A stretch of 64,000 bases of DNA from Lentimicrobiaceae bacterium (GTDB lineage: Bacteria; Bacteroidota; Bacteroidia; Bacteroidales; JAAYJT01), in assembly GCA_037446395.1 (NCBI GenBank), contig JBBIIP010000002.1, positions 53,074-117,073 of the forward strand. Reading direction: 5' to 3'. The notes below the pieces were generated by a model. It saw only the letters and a list, made by a program, of their open reading frames with translations, did not search any database and had not been told where the DNA came from. This document shows, one piece after another, positions 55,255 to 64,000 of the stretch (positions are counted from its first letter, which is position 1; every line of letters starts with the position of its first letter). Both the position numbers and the translations under genes were made by a program.

Positions 55255-55774
55255 TATTTTGGTTCGTACCTGGTATCTCGAAATGACCTCTCCCACAACC
55301 GAGTTGGCGATCGCTGATTTGCCAAACGGCATGGAACTTATCCGGCTCGAAAAGCCAAGCCTGTCTTTTTATCAATATCTCTATAAAGAAGTTGGAAAAG
55401 GTTTTTCATGGTACAACCGATTGCTGCTTTTCGATGATGAGCTGAAAGAAATCATCAATAGCGAAAAAGTTGAAATTCACGTTTTATACGACCATGGGGT
55501 TCCGGTAGGTTTTGCCGAACTTGACCTACGCAAGGATGATGAGGTTGAACTGTCATATTTTGGCATCTTGCCCGAATTTCGTGGCAGGGGGCTTGGCAGG
55601 CAGTTCTTGCAAAAGATCCTGCAGATTGCCTGGCATCATAAACCGAACCGGGTTTGGCTCCACACTTGCGAACTCGATCATAAATCAGCCATGAAACGAT
55701 ATATCGAAGCCGGTTTCCTGAAATATGACGAAAGGATGGAAACGCAGAACCTTCTTGTAAACAAAGGCGAATAA
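55247..55774 (+). CDS. GNAT-family N-acetyltransferase
   Basis: Acetyl-CoA-binding motif FRGRGLGRQFL in a 175-aa protein. Overlaps the previous stop by 8 nt. Confidence 0.8.
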   Translation: MDSILVRTWYLEMTSPTTELAIADLPNGMELIRLEKPSLSFYQYLYKEVGKGFSWYNRLLLFDDELKEIINSEKVEIHVLYDHGVPVGFAELDLRKDDEVELSYFGILPEFRGRGLGRQFLQKILQIAWHHKPNRVWLHTCELDHKSAMKRYIEAGFLKYDERMETQNLLVNKGE

Positions 55775-55820
55775 TCAGTACACTATATCATTTTGATACC
55801 CTATTGACAGGTTGATAAAA

Positions 55821-56963
55821 ATGGAAGCTCCATTGATCAGTCAGATCATTAAAATTCGCAGAATCCTTCACGACATTCCTGAGCTTTCCGGCAAAGAAGC
55901 CGTCACTGCTGAGACTATTATCGGTTTTTTGAAAACGTTGTCGCCCAAAAAGATTATTACCCAACTAGGTGGCCATGGGGTGATGGCTGTTTTTGAAGGC
56001 CATCTACCAGGCACAGTGTTGTTGTTTCGTGCAGAGCTCGATGCTGTGCCTATCGCAAGTCATCGAAAGGATTCAGGTAGTTCGGAGAAACAAATGGCCG
56101 CTCATCTCTGCGGGCACGACGGGCATATAGCCATACTTTTAGGGTTGGCTGCATTGATCAACCAACAACCGCTTGCACGGGGGAGGGTGGCGCTACTGTT
56201 TCAACCGGCAGAAGAAACCGGCCAGGGCGCACAGGCAGTATTGAACGATCCCAGGTTTTCAGAGATAGTGCCAGACTTTGTATTTGCATTCCATAATCTT
56301 CCTGGCTTTCCTTTGAAACAGGTTGTCATAAATTCGGGCAACTTTACCTCGGCATCGATTGGAGCAAGAATCAGATACCTGGGGCGCTCATCGCATGCCG
56401 CCGAACCTAAAAAAGGGAAAAGCCCGTTAAATGCCCTGGCAAAATTGATCATGCGGATTAATAAACTCCCGGCTAAAATTTCTTCGGCCAATAGCAGCAC
56501 TTTCGCAACAATAACACATATTCAGTCAGGGGCAGAATCTTTTGGCATCAATCCTGGCGATGCCATGATGATGATTACCCTGAGGGCAGATTCCGACGAG
56601 AACCTTGCAGCCTTACAGCTTCAGTGTGAGGATCTTGCATATTGCCTGGCAAAACCAGATGGGCTTGATGTTAAAATTGAATATGCCGACTATTTTCCTG
56701 CCACCATACACCAAACCGAGGCGGTGCAATTGGTGCTAAAAGCTGCAAAGAATCTTGGAATGAAGGCGTCACCTCCGAAAAAACCTTTTTGTTGGTCAGA
56801 AGACTTCGGGTACTTCACGAAGAAATTTAAAGGTGCGCTGATTGGTTTGGGCGCAGGCACAGTACATCCGGCATTACACAGCACCGATTATGTTTTTCCT
56901 GACGAACTCATCAGTCCGGCAGCCGAATTGCTGCACAAAATCTGCACAGAGGCGCTGGCCTGA
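55821..56963 (+). CDS. M20D-family amidohydrolase (N-acyl-amino-acid amidohydrolase/hippuricase-like)
   Basis: IRR.LH..PELSG.E, HLCGHDGH and FQPAEE motifs. ATG 55821 preferred over TTG 55812. Confidence 0.8.
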   Translation: MEAPLISQIIKIRRILHDIPELSGKEAVTAETIIGFLKTLSPKKIITQLGGHGVMAVFEGHLPGTVLLFRAELDAVPIASHRKDSGSSEKQMAAHLCGHDGHIAILLGLAALINQQPLARGRVALLFQPAEETGQGAQAVLNDPRFSEIVPDFVFAFHNLPGFPLKQVVINSGNFTSASIGARIRYLGRSSHAAEPKKGKSPLNALAKLIMRINKLPAKISSANSSTFATITHIQSGAESFGINPGDAMMMITLRADSDENLAALQLQCEDLAYCLAKPDGLDVKIEYADYFPATIHQTEAVQLVLKAAKNLGMKASPPKKPFCWSEDFGYFTKKFKGALIGLGAGTVHPALHSTDYVFPDELISPAAELLHKICTEALA

Positions 56964-56999
56964 TGAAGGAATCAATAAACCGATTTGTATTGCGTTGTT

Positions 57000-57566
57000 T
57001 CAGATGAGGCTTTTGCCGGATTTGTATCGGTTGAAGGAGACGATTTCATGAAATGGCTTTCTTGTTTTTTCTCGCAGGCGATAGCCTTCGGCGGGGTAGC
57101 CCAAACTGATGAGCAGCCCAATAAATTTTGATTCAGGGATACCAAGAAGTGCTTTCACTTTGCTTTCGCTGAACCAACCAATCATACAGGTGCCCAGTCC
57201 CAGCTCGGCTGCCTGCAGGCAGAAATGCTCGGCTGCAATACCTGTATCCATCTGGCTCCAGTCGCGTTTCTTGATTTTTGAAGCCAGCCGCGTAATAAAC
57301 TTTGCTCTTTCTGTGATAATGACAATGATTACCGGGGCTTGCAGGGTAAATTTATTAAATGTCAGCACCGGATCAAAAGTAGCCTCAGCCAATTTGTTTT
57401 TCAATACAGGCTCATCAACCACAATAAAATGCCACGGTTGAGAATTGCTGGCCGAAGGAGCAATCCGCGCTGCTTCAAGGCATTGCACCAACTTTTCCTT
57501 CTCAACCGGACGGCCATCGTAGCGGCGAACACTTTGTCGGCTCAAAGCGAGTTCAATTAGCTTCAT
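57000..57566 (-). CDS. Nitroreductase family protein
   Basis: RQSVRRY, APSASNSQPW.F and a C-terminal pattern typical of the NfsB/FRase-type nitroreductase fold. Confidence 0.8.
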   Translation of the reverse strand: MKLIELALSRQSVRRYDGRPVEKEKLVQCLEAARIAPSASNSQPWHFIVVDEPVLKNKLAEATFDPVLTFNKFTLQAPVIIVIITERAKFITRLASKIKKRDWSQMDTGIAAEHFCLQAAELGLGTCMIGWFSESKVKALLGIPESKFIGLLISLGYPAEGYRLREKTRKPFHEIVSFNRYKSGKSLI

Positions 57567-57581
57567 TCTTTCCCTCCTCTG

Positions 57582-58943
57582 CTAGATCAGATTTTTTAGC
57601 CGTTCGGTCAATTTTTGCCCTTCGAATTCAAATCCGGGTTTCCCGAGCAGTGCAAACATGTTTCTTTTATAAGCCTCAACCCCCGGCTGGTCGAAGGGAT
57701 TAACGTTAAGTGTGTAGCCACTGAGTGCACAGGCAAACTCAAAGAAATAGATCAGGCTTCCAAGGTGATATTCGTTAATTTGCGGGATATTGATGCGAAT
57801 ATTAGGCACTTGCCCATCCAAATGTGCAAGAAGGGTGCCCATTTCAGCCATACGATTTACCTGTTGCAAGTGTTTTCCTGCAAGGTAGTTTAGGTCATCC
57901 GCGTCATCGTCGAGAAACGGAACCTTTAACTCGACACTGCTTTGATTTACAGACAACACGGTTTCAAAAATCACACGCAAACCATCCTGGATATATTGCC
58001 CCATGCTGTGCAAATCAGTGGTAAAACTAACCCCTGTGGGAAAAATTCCCCGATGCATCTTGCCTTCGCTTTCGCCATAAAGTTGTTTCCACCATTCGGT
58101 AAAGAAAACCAGGTTGGGATGGTAGTTTACCATGATTTCGATGGGTTTTCCTCTGCGATAGAGCACGTTGCGTGCAGCTGCATAGAGTGCTGCCGGATTA
58201 TCGGTGATGTGGTGCGAAGCAAGGCAGAGTTGCTCCATATCGGCGGCACCACCAATCATTTTTGATATGTCGAACCCTGCAACCGCGACAGGCAGTAATC
58301 CAACCGGTGTGAGAACCGAATAACGGCCTCCCACATCATCCGGAATGTCGAAGGTTTTATATCCTTCGGCAATGGAAAGGTTTTTCAGGGCACCGCGGGC
58401 TTTATCCGTAATGGCAATGATGCGTTTGCGTGCTTCTTTTACGCTGTATTTGCGAACCAGTTCCTGTTTTAATATCCTGAACGCAATGGCAGGCTCGGTT
58501 GTGGTGCCTGACTTTGAAATCACCACAAGCGACCAATCTACTTTTTGAAGGACTTCGAGAAGGTGGGCATGATAGCCTTCGCTGATATTGTTACCTGCAA
58601 ACAGCACCAGTGGCCCTGGTCGTTTGAAAGCGGGCAGCAGTGCGGCAAAAGTGTGCTGCAGGGCTTCGATCAATGCACGGGCGCCGAGATATGAGCCACC
58701 AATGCCAACAACTACAACAATTTCAGACTTGGCTGCCAGTTCTGATGCCAGTTCGGTGATGTCATCCAGAAGCTGGGGTGCGGTGGCAGAAGGAAGCCTA
58801 ATCCATCCGATAAAATCATTTCCTGCGCCCCTTCCGTTGAGCAAGTCGTTATGACATATCTTCAATTCTGTCTCAATTTTTTTGAGATCACCAGGTTCTA
58901 TGAATTGTTCCATGGCGTTAACATCAACATGCAGTATGTTCAT
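57582..58943 (-). CDS. pgi: Glucose-6-phosphate isomerase
   Basis: 453 aa. VVVGIGGSYLGARA, ISKSGTTTEP, GGRYSVL and FDQPGVE are PGI signatures. Confidence 0.95.
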   Translation of the reverse strand: MNILHVDVNAMEQFIEPGDLKKIETELKICHNDLLNGRGAGNDFIGWIRLPSATAPQLLDDITELASELAAKSEIVVVVGIGGSYLGARALIEALQHTFAALLPAFKRPGPLVLFAGNNISEGYHAHLLEVLQKVDWSLVVISKSGTTTEPAIAFRILKQELVRKYSVKEARKRIIAITDKARGALKNLSIAEGYKTFDIPDDVGGRYSVLTPVGLLPVAVAGFDISKMIGGAADMEQLCLASHHITDNPAALYAAARNVLYRRGKPIEIMVNYHPNLVFFTEWWKQLYGESEGKMHRGIFPTGVSFTTDLHSMGQYIQDGLRVIFETVLSVNQSSVELKVPFLDDDADDLNYLAGKHLQQVNRMAEMGTLLAHLDGQVPNIRINIPQINEYHLGSLIYFFEFACALSGYTLNVNPFDQPGVEAYKRNMFALLGKPGFEFEGQKLTERLKNLI

Positions 58944-59216
58944 GGCCTTTGTATTTGATACGATATGGATGTAAAAATAAAAAAAAGGTGCGACCTAACC
59001 ATTGCCGCACCTTTTCCAAACAAAAACAAATTACTTCAGGGTTTTATCAAAACACACACCTAACAAAAAGCCTTAAAGTATTCAATCTGATTATGAGAAA
59101 TAATTGCGCAACAAAAATACTTTGCCACGGGGGGTTGAAGTGTTAAGAAAATGCAATTTAAGTTAAAAATTGTTAATCAGACAATTGACGCCCAGCCAAT
59201 CTGTACTTTTGCATGT

Positions 59217-60779
59217 ATGAACCGCCGCCGAATCCTGCTCATTATTTCCCTGGTCAGCCTTGCCCTGATTACCTTGGTTGGCATTCAGATCTATTGGGTG
59301 CGCAGTGCAATTCTTGTCGAAGGAGACCAATTTACAAGAAGTGTGAACGAAGCTGCTTCAGCAATCATTTTTAAGATACAAAAAATGGAACTGGCCAGGC
59401 AATTTAGCCTTGAGCAGCAAACCGACCGCCTGATTCGTTCATTCGATTCGCTCAATCTGCACTATCATTATCAGAAACTCGATGATAGCCTTCGGCAATC
59501 CATAAACGACCAAGAGTTAAGCACTTTGGAAAATGAACCCTTGCCCAATTCATTAGCGCGAATTAAGAATAAACGAGACGCCTCTATATCTCGGCCTAAC
59601 CAAACAGCCATTGGGCAAGAACCTCTATCCGGCGAAAAAGACGACCGATTGACCGAAGAAAATTTTCGAAAACAATCTGAAATGCTCAGTGAAATGTTTG
59701 CCGAAATCATGCGGGCACGCAACCCCATGAACCTCGAAGGGCGGTATGATAAGAATAAACTCGATTCGCTAATTGGCCAGGAATTGAAAAATATTGGACT
59801 TCGCACCGGGTTTGAATTTGGCATCTTCAACCCGATGCAAAACCGCATGATTGTAGAACGAACCGGAAACTATCGTGAACTGATGATGCAGGAAGGATAC
59901 TTTTTCCCTCTGGCCTCAGATAATCTTTTCTTTACACCCGACTATCTTGCCCTTTATTTTCCAAACCAGGTTCGGTTTCTGCTACAGCAGCTTGCCGGAT
60001 TGTTAGCGGTTTCAATTTTGATTGTAATAATTTTGGTTGGGACATTCATCTATGCCATTGCAACCATCATCAAACAGCGAAGGCTTTCGGAGCTAAAGAC
60101 AGATTTTATCAACAACATGACCCATGAGTTCAAGACTCCCATCTCTACGGTTGCATTGGCTTGCGAAGCCCTTACCGACAAGGACATTCAAAAATCAGAA
60201 TCACTCTATAAAAGCTATATTGGAATCATCAGCGAGGAAAACCGCCGCCTGGGCATTATGGCCGAAAAAATCCTTCAAACAGCCATCCTCGAAAAAAGCG
60301 AACTTCGCCTGAAGCTCGAATCAGTTGATATTCATGAAATCATCCGCGAAGTAGTGAAAACCATGAGCATCCAGGTTGAAATCAGAGACGGGAAAATCAC
60401 AACCGGCCTGCACGCTACCCAAAGTGTGATGCTGATAGATCGGGTACACCTGACAAACATATTCACAAATCTTCTTGAGAATGCCAATAAATACACGCCC
60501 ACAAAACCCCAATTGCATATTTCAACTGAAAATGAAAACCACGGAATTGTCATTCACATATCGGACAACGGAATTGGCATCAGCAAAGCCAACCAGAAGA
60601 AGATTTTTGATAAACTTTATCGCGTTCCTACCGGAAACATACACAATGTGAAAGGATATGGGCTTGGGTTGAGTTACGTAAAATTCATTGTAGAAAAACA
60701 CAAAGGAAGCATCAGTGTAGAAAGCGAACCCGGACAGGGAAGCCATTTCAGAATATATTTGCCATTCGAAAACAAGTAG
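59217..60779 (+). CDS. Sensor histidine kinase
   Basis: Two TM helices, H-box MTHEFKTPIST and G-box GYGLGLSYVKFIVEKH. Start placed at ATG 59217 (MNRRRILL). Confidence 0.85.
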   Translation: MNRRRILLIISLVSLALITLVGIQIYWVRSAILVEGDQFTRSVNEAASAIIFKIQKMELARQFSLEQQTDRLIRSFDSLNLHYHYQKLDDSLRQSINDQELSTLENEPLPNSLARIKNKRDASISRPNQTAIGQEPLSGEKDDRLTEENFRKQSEMLSEMFAEIMRARNPMNLEGRYDKNKLDSLIGQELKNIGLRTGFEFGIFNPMQNRMIVERTGNYRELMMQEGYFFPLASDNLFFTPDYLALYFPNQVRFLLQQLAGLLAVSILIVIILVGTFIYAIATIIKQRRLSELKTDFINNMTHEFKTPISTVALACEALTDKDIQKSESLYKSYIGIISEENRRLGIMAEKILQTAILEKSELRLKLESVDIHEIIREVVKTMSIQVEIRDGKITTGLHATQSVMLIDRVHLTNIFTNLLENANKYTPTKPQLHISTENENHGIVIHISDNGIGISKANQKKIFDKLYRVPTGNIHNVKGYGLGLSYVKFIVEKHKGSISVESEPGQGSHFRIYLPFENK

Positions 60780-60787
60780 AACCATCT

Positions 60788-61489
60788 ATGGAAACCGAAA
60801 AACTCAAAGTCCTGCTTGCCGAAGATGACCGCAACCTTGGCAGCATTCTCAAATCATATCTCGAGGCAAAAGGTTACGAAACCACACTTTGTGTCAATGG
60901 GCAGGAGGCCTTGCAGGCATATTCAAAAAGCCAGTATGACATCTGCATCCTTGATGTGATGATGCCTGTGATGGATGGATTTGCTCTTGCAAAGCAGATT
61001 CGATCTGACAGCAAAAAAATCCCCATCTTGTTTCTCACGGCCAAATCGCTTCAAGAAGACAAAATCAAGGGTTTTGAGTTGGGCGGCGATGATTACATCA
61101 CCAAACCATTTGCAATGGAAGAACTATTGGTCCGGATGAAAGCGGTTTTGCGCAGGTCGCTTCAGGGACCCCTGCCCGGAGAAGACGTGAGTATGTATCA
61201 CATCGGCACCTTTATTTTTGATGTGAACCGGCAAACGTTGAGCTTAAACGATTTTCAGCAAAAGCTAACTTCAAAAGAATCAGAGTTGCTTAAACTGTTG
61301 TGTGAGAGCATGAACCAGGTGCTCGACAGGCGCATTGCCCTTCATAAAATCTGGAACGACGACAGCTACTTCAATGCCCGCAGCATGGATGTATATATTG
61401 CCAAATTGCGCAAGTACCTCGCTAAAGACCCGACAGTGGAGTTGATAAATGTTCATGGAACAGGGTTTAAGCTGATAACAAATATGTAA
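60788..61489 (+). CDS. OmpR-family response regulator
   Basis: Receiver domain (LLAEDD, ILDVMMP.MDG, LTAK) plus a winged-helix output domain (..DVYIAKLRKYL..G.GFKL). Confidence 0.9.
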   Translation: METEKLKVLLAEDDRNLGSILKSYLEAKGYETTLCVNGQEALQAYSKSQYDICILDVMMPVMDGFALAKQIRSDSKKIPILFLTAKSLQEDKIKGFELGGDDYITKPFAMEELLVRMKAVLRRSLQGPLPGEDVSMYHIGTFIFDVNRQTLSLNDFQQKLTSKESELLKLLCESMNQVLDRRIALHKIWNDDSYFNARSMDVYIAKLRKYLAKDPTVELINVHGTGFKLITNM

Positions 61490-61618
61490 GAAGAAGTAGT
61501 TTTATGCAGGCTTTGATATTACTGCCGATACTAATAGCAAGGCTTTTCATTCAGATAAATGCTGTGGGTATGACAGAAAATTATGGGTTGCACTTTTCCT
61601 TTAGGTTAAATTTTATCT

Positions 61619-62317
61619 TTATCCGGTAGAACCAGCAAATAAAATAGTTCCAATATCCTGCAGCGGCCCATCATAAAGTTCAACCACCTTATAGCCTTCT
61701 TCCTCAACCACGCTCCTGAATTTGTTTCCCCAAGCATAATGCCTGAGGCTTCCACACAGAAAGACCATATTCTGCCACAGCCCACATGCTCCTCCTATGA
61801 ACCCATGACAATGACCTTGCAGATTGATCCCCTTTGGCGAAAAATAAACACATTGCAATTGCCTGCGACAGAGTGTTTTTTCAATTCCCTCATCGGAGGT
61901 TATGAATAAATTATTGGCGACCTGGAACAGGTTGCAGCGAGTATATGCCTGATTTACATGAATATGTGTGAGGGAAGCACAGGTGGCTAAAAGTGTTGGA
62001 TCGCCATGCCGCAGATTATGGATGAAATACCGTGTGGTGATAACAGCGTTATAAATGGCTGAATTGGGATACTTGTTTCCAACTGCTTTTGTTCCTGTCT
62101 GATAGTTAATTTGATACTTTTCAAGAACTTGCAGATAATGCGGTGGAAGGTTAGGCGCCACAACCAGTCCTTTAGGCGTGGGGGAAAAAAATATGTCGGG
62201 ATGGCCTGATATGGCGGGATAGGTAATTGAACTAGTTTCGAGCTCAATCAAGTCGGCGTGTGCGACCAGGTTTTTCTTTGCTTGAGCGGGTGCTTTCTTA
62301 TCAATGATAATCAACAC
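61619..62317 (-). CDS. Hypothetical protein (possibly guanidino-modifying-enzyme/amidinotransferase-like fold)
   Basis: 232 aa, no signal peptide, C-terminal GHCHGFIGGACG. The fold assignment is a weak recollection, not a motif-proven call. Confidence 0.35.
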   Translation of the reverse strand: MLIIIDKKAPAQAKKNLVAHADLIELETSSITYPAISGHPDIFFSPTPKGLVVAPNLPPHYLQVLEKYQINYQTGTKAVGNKYPNSAIYNAVITTRYFIHNLRHGDPTLLATCASLTHIHVNQAYTRCNLFQVANNLFITSDEGIEKTLCRRQLQCVYFSPKGINLQGHCHGFIGGACGLWQNMVFLCGSLRHYAWGNKFRSVVEEEGYKVVELYDGPLQDIGTILFAGSTG

Positions 62318-63314
62318 GGTAACTCCTTCCTTCCAAATGATTATCTACAGCAAACCGAACCTTCGAAAACCTATTCAGTAGTTCATGCTTATTCGTGCCC
62401 TTATGTCCAACTGCACAATTAAGTTGTCTTGAATTGACATAAACTGAAATGGAATCATGCTTTTCTGAAGAGATGGTCGCAAACCTATCAGACCAGATTT
62501 TTGAATAAACCATTTCGCCAAATGCCACGTGAAAAGGACCTGTAACCAGGCTTTCGCCATTGAGTAATCCCTCTGAGGGATGCAATCCAAGCCGCAGGAT
62601 GTTCACCCCTGCCTCTTCGAATAAAAGAACCAGGCTTGCACACCAATCCACGGCCTGTATTAATGTTAGCGGCACAAACAAGTTTTGCCTGAAAAGCGCT
62701 TCAAGTCGGGTATTGCGAACCACCAGGGTTGGATATATGCGGATGGTTTTGGCTTTCATAGCAATTATCTGCTTTGCGGTTTCAATGCTTTTCTCCAGCG
62801 AATCTCCAGGCAGGCCGATCATCATCTGCATACCGAGCGAAAAACCCGTTTCTTTGATTAAATTGGCTGCTTGCAACACTGCTGCTGTAGGATATGCCCG
62901 ACCTGAGTTTTTAAGCACCTGGTCATCCATGCTCTGAACACCAAGCTCAATGGTGGTAACCCCAAAACCGGCCAGCAATGCGAGGTTGTCCGGCCTGATC
63001 AGGTCGGGCCGTGTTGAGATGCGGATTCCTGCAATCTGTTTTGTTTTCAGGTAGGGTTGAACCAACCCAAGGTAACGTACCTGATCATCCACTGGCAATC
63101 CCGTAAAGCTCCCTCCGAAGAATCCAACCTCAATAAGGGTGTTTTCAGTGGGAATAGTATTCAAGTGATCCTCTATCTTGGTTTTTATCACATCATCGGA
63201 TGGCAGCCCTGGTTGACTTACGATATTCCTCTGGTTACAAAATATACATTCAAAAGGGCAGCCCTGCATCGGGACAAAAACAGGAATTGTGAAATGGTTG
63301 ACCTGGACACTCAT
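62301..63314 (-). CDS. Radical SAM protein (Elp3-like core, no acetyltransferase domain)
   Basis: N-terminal FVPMQGCPFECIFCNQ (CX4CX2C-type radical SAM cluster motif). TIM-barrel-like remainder resembles the Elp3/MiaB-like core. Confidence 0.75.
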   Translation of the reverse strand: MSVQVNHFTIPVFVPMQGCPFECIFCNQRNIVSQPGLPSDDVIKTKIEDHLNTIPTENTLIEVGFFGGSFTGLPVDDQVRYLGLVQPYLKTKQIAGIRISTRPDLIRPDNLALLAGFGVTTIELGVQSMDDQVLKNSGRAYPTAAVLQAANLIKETGFSLGMQMMIGLPGDSLEKSIETAKQIIAMKAKTIRIYPTLVVRNTRLEALFRQNLFVPLTLIQAVDWCASLVLLFEEAGVNILRLGLHPSEGLLNGESLVTGPFHVAFGEMVYSKIWSDRFATISSEKHDSISVYVNSRQLNCAVGHKGTNKHELLNRFSKVRFAVDNHLEGRSYRVDYH

Positions 63315-63338
63315 GGTCCAAATGTAGGAATTTTGAGA

Positions 63339-64000
63339 TTAAAACATCTCGAGCGTTGCTCTCAATTGAGCGAGGTAGCTTTTGCCAAATAAGTTCAGAT
63401 GTACCAATACCGGATAGACATTGCAAATTTCAACTCGGTATTTCCAGCCTGAAACCAGCGGAAAAGACTCGTTATAGGCATCATAGAAGCATTTGTCGAA
63501 TCCGCCGAATAGCAGGGACATCGCGATATCCATTTCGCGGAAGCCATAATAAACGGCGGGGTCAATGAGGCAGGGTTTGCCATTATTATCACACAGAAAG
63601 TTACCGTTCCAAAGGTCGCCATGAACCAGCGAGGGGGGCTCCGATGGAAAGATTGAGGGAATGGCTTTATAGAGGTTGGAAAACTGGTTATTCAGTTTGC
63701 TGTCAATCAATCCCGTCTCCCGTGCCAAGGCAAGCAGGGGCTCTAAGCGTTCGTAAATAAAAAAATCGCTCCACGAATCGTGGAAACGGTTACTTTGCGG
63801 CAGCGACCCGATATAATTATTGTGATTGAGACCAAATACTGATTCGGTCTCGCGGTGCATTTCGGCCAGCGAAGTACCGAAGTTCTCCCAAAAACCTGTT
63901 TTAATATAGCCCTCCTCAACGTTTTCGAGCAGTAGCCAAGCCTGGCTGGCATCTTCACCTGTGCCAATGACTTTGGGCGTTCTGAATCTACCCGTCTGGG
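63339..64000 (-). CDS. Fructosamine/ketosamine-3-kinase family protein, 5'-truncated by window edge
   Basis: The frame is open to base 63998 (..WLLLENVEEGYIKTGFWENFGTSLAEMHRET..). It has the catalytic-loop-like LVHGDLWNGN and a C-terminal Y.V..HLNLFG. Confidence 0.8.
   Translation of the reverse strand, partial: QTGRFRTPKVIGTGEDASQAWLLLENVEEGYIKTGFWENFGTSLAEMHRETESVFGLNHNNYIGSLPQSNRFHDSWSDFFIYERLEPLLALARETGLIDSKLNNQFSNLYKAIPSIFPSEPPSLVHGDLWNGNFLCDNNGKPCLIDPAVYYGFREMDIAMSLLFGGFDKCFYDAYNESFPLVSGWKYRVEICNVYPVLVHLNLFGKSYLAQLRATLEMF

Noticed and set aside
1-64000. CRISPR arrays, IS elements, prophage, toxin-antitoxin or known defence-system genes
   Set aside because: No regularly spaced direct repeats, transposase, integrase, reverse transcriptase or Cas-like ORFs were recognised while reading the ORF track and the intergenic regions.

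Overview
This 64-kb window looks like a chromosomal segment from an anaerobic member of the Bacteroidota. The phylum call is an inference from four things. Several proteins carry type IX secretion (T9SS) C-terminal sorting domains. TAnnTTTG -7 promoter-like boxes sit just upstream of several starts. Shine-Dalgarno sequences are absent. Fermentative genes are present: a Na+-pumping methylmalonyl-CoA decarboxylase operon, a butyrate kinase-like gene and IcmF. I count about 60 protein genes and one tRNA-Arg(CCG). I recognised no rRNA, CRISPR array, transposase, integrase or phage genes. Housekeeping genes are ispE (partial), lptF/G-like, tgt, udk, fba, ruvB, queG, tsaB, pgi and two two-component sensor kinases.

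Three envelope or redox clusters are not explained by pathways I know.
1. 36536-40640: an operon of a small secreted protein, a NapH-like membrane Fe-S protein, an outer-membrane barrel-like protein and a Tat-signal polyferredoxin with ten [4Fe-4S] motifs. It has no catalytic partner and may be a haem-free trans-envelope electron conduit.
2. 27836-34756: a tightly overlapping six-gene operon. It encodes a PqqD-like protein, an ATP-grasp ligase, a PLP decarboxylase, a urea-transporter-like/M23 peptidase fusion, a TPR-plus-barrel protein and a TPR protein. This looks like a carrier- or peptide-templated biosynthesis and export system.
3. 51835-54461: a membrane-anchored multihaem cytochrome followed by a Cyc2-like fused monohaem cytochrome-porin.

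All function calls come from motif recognition by eye. No database search was run.
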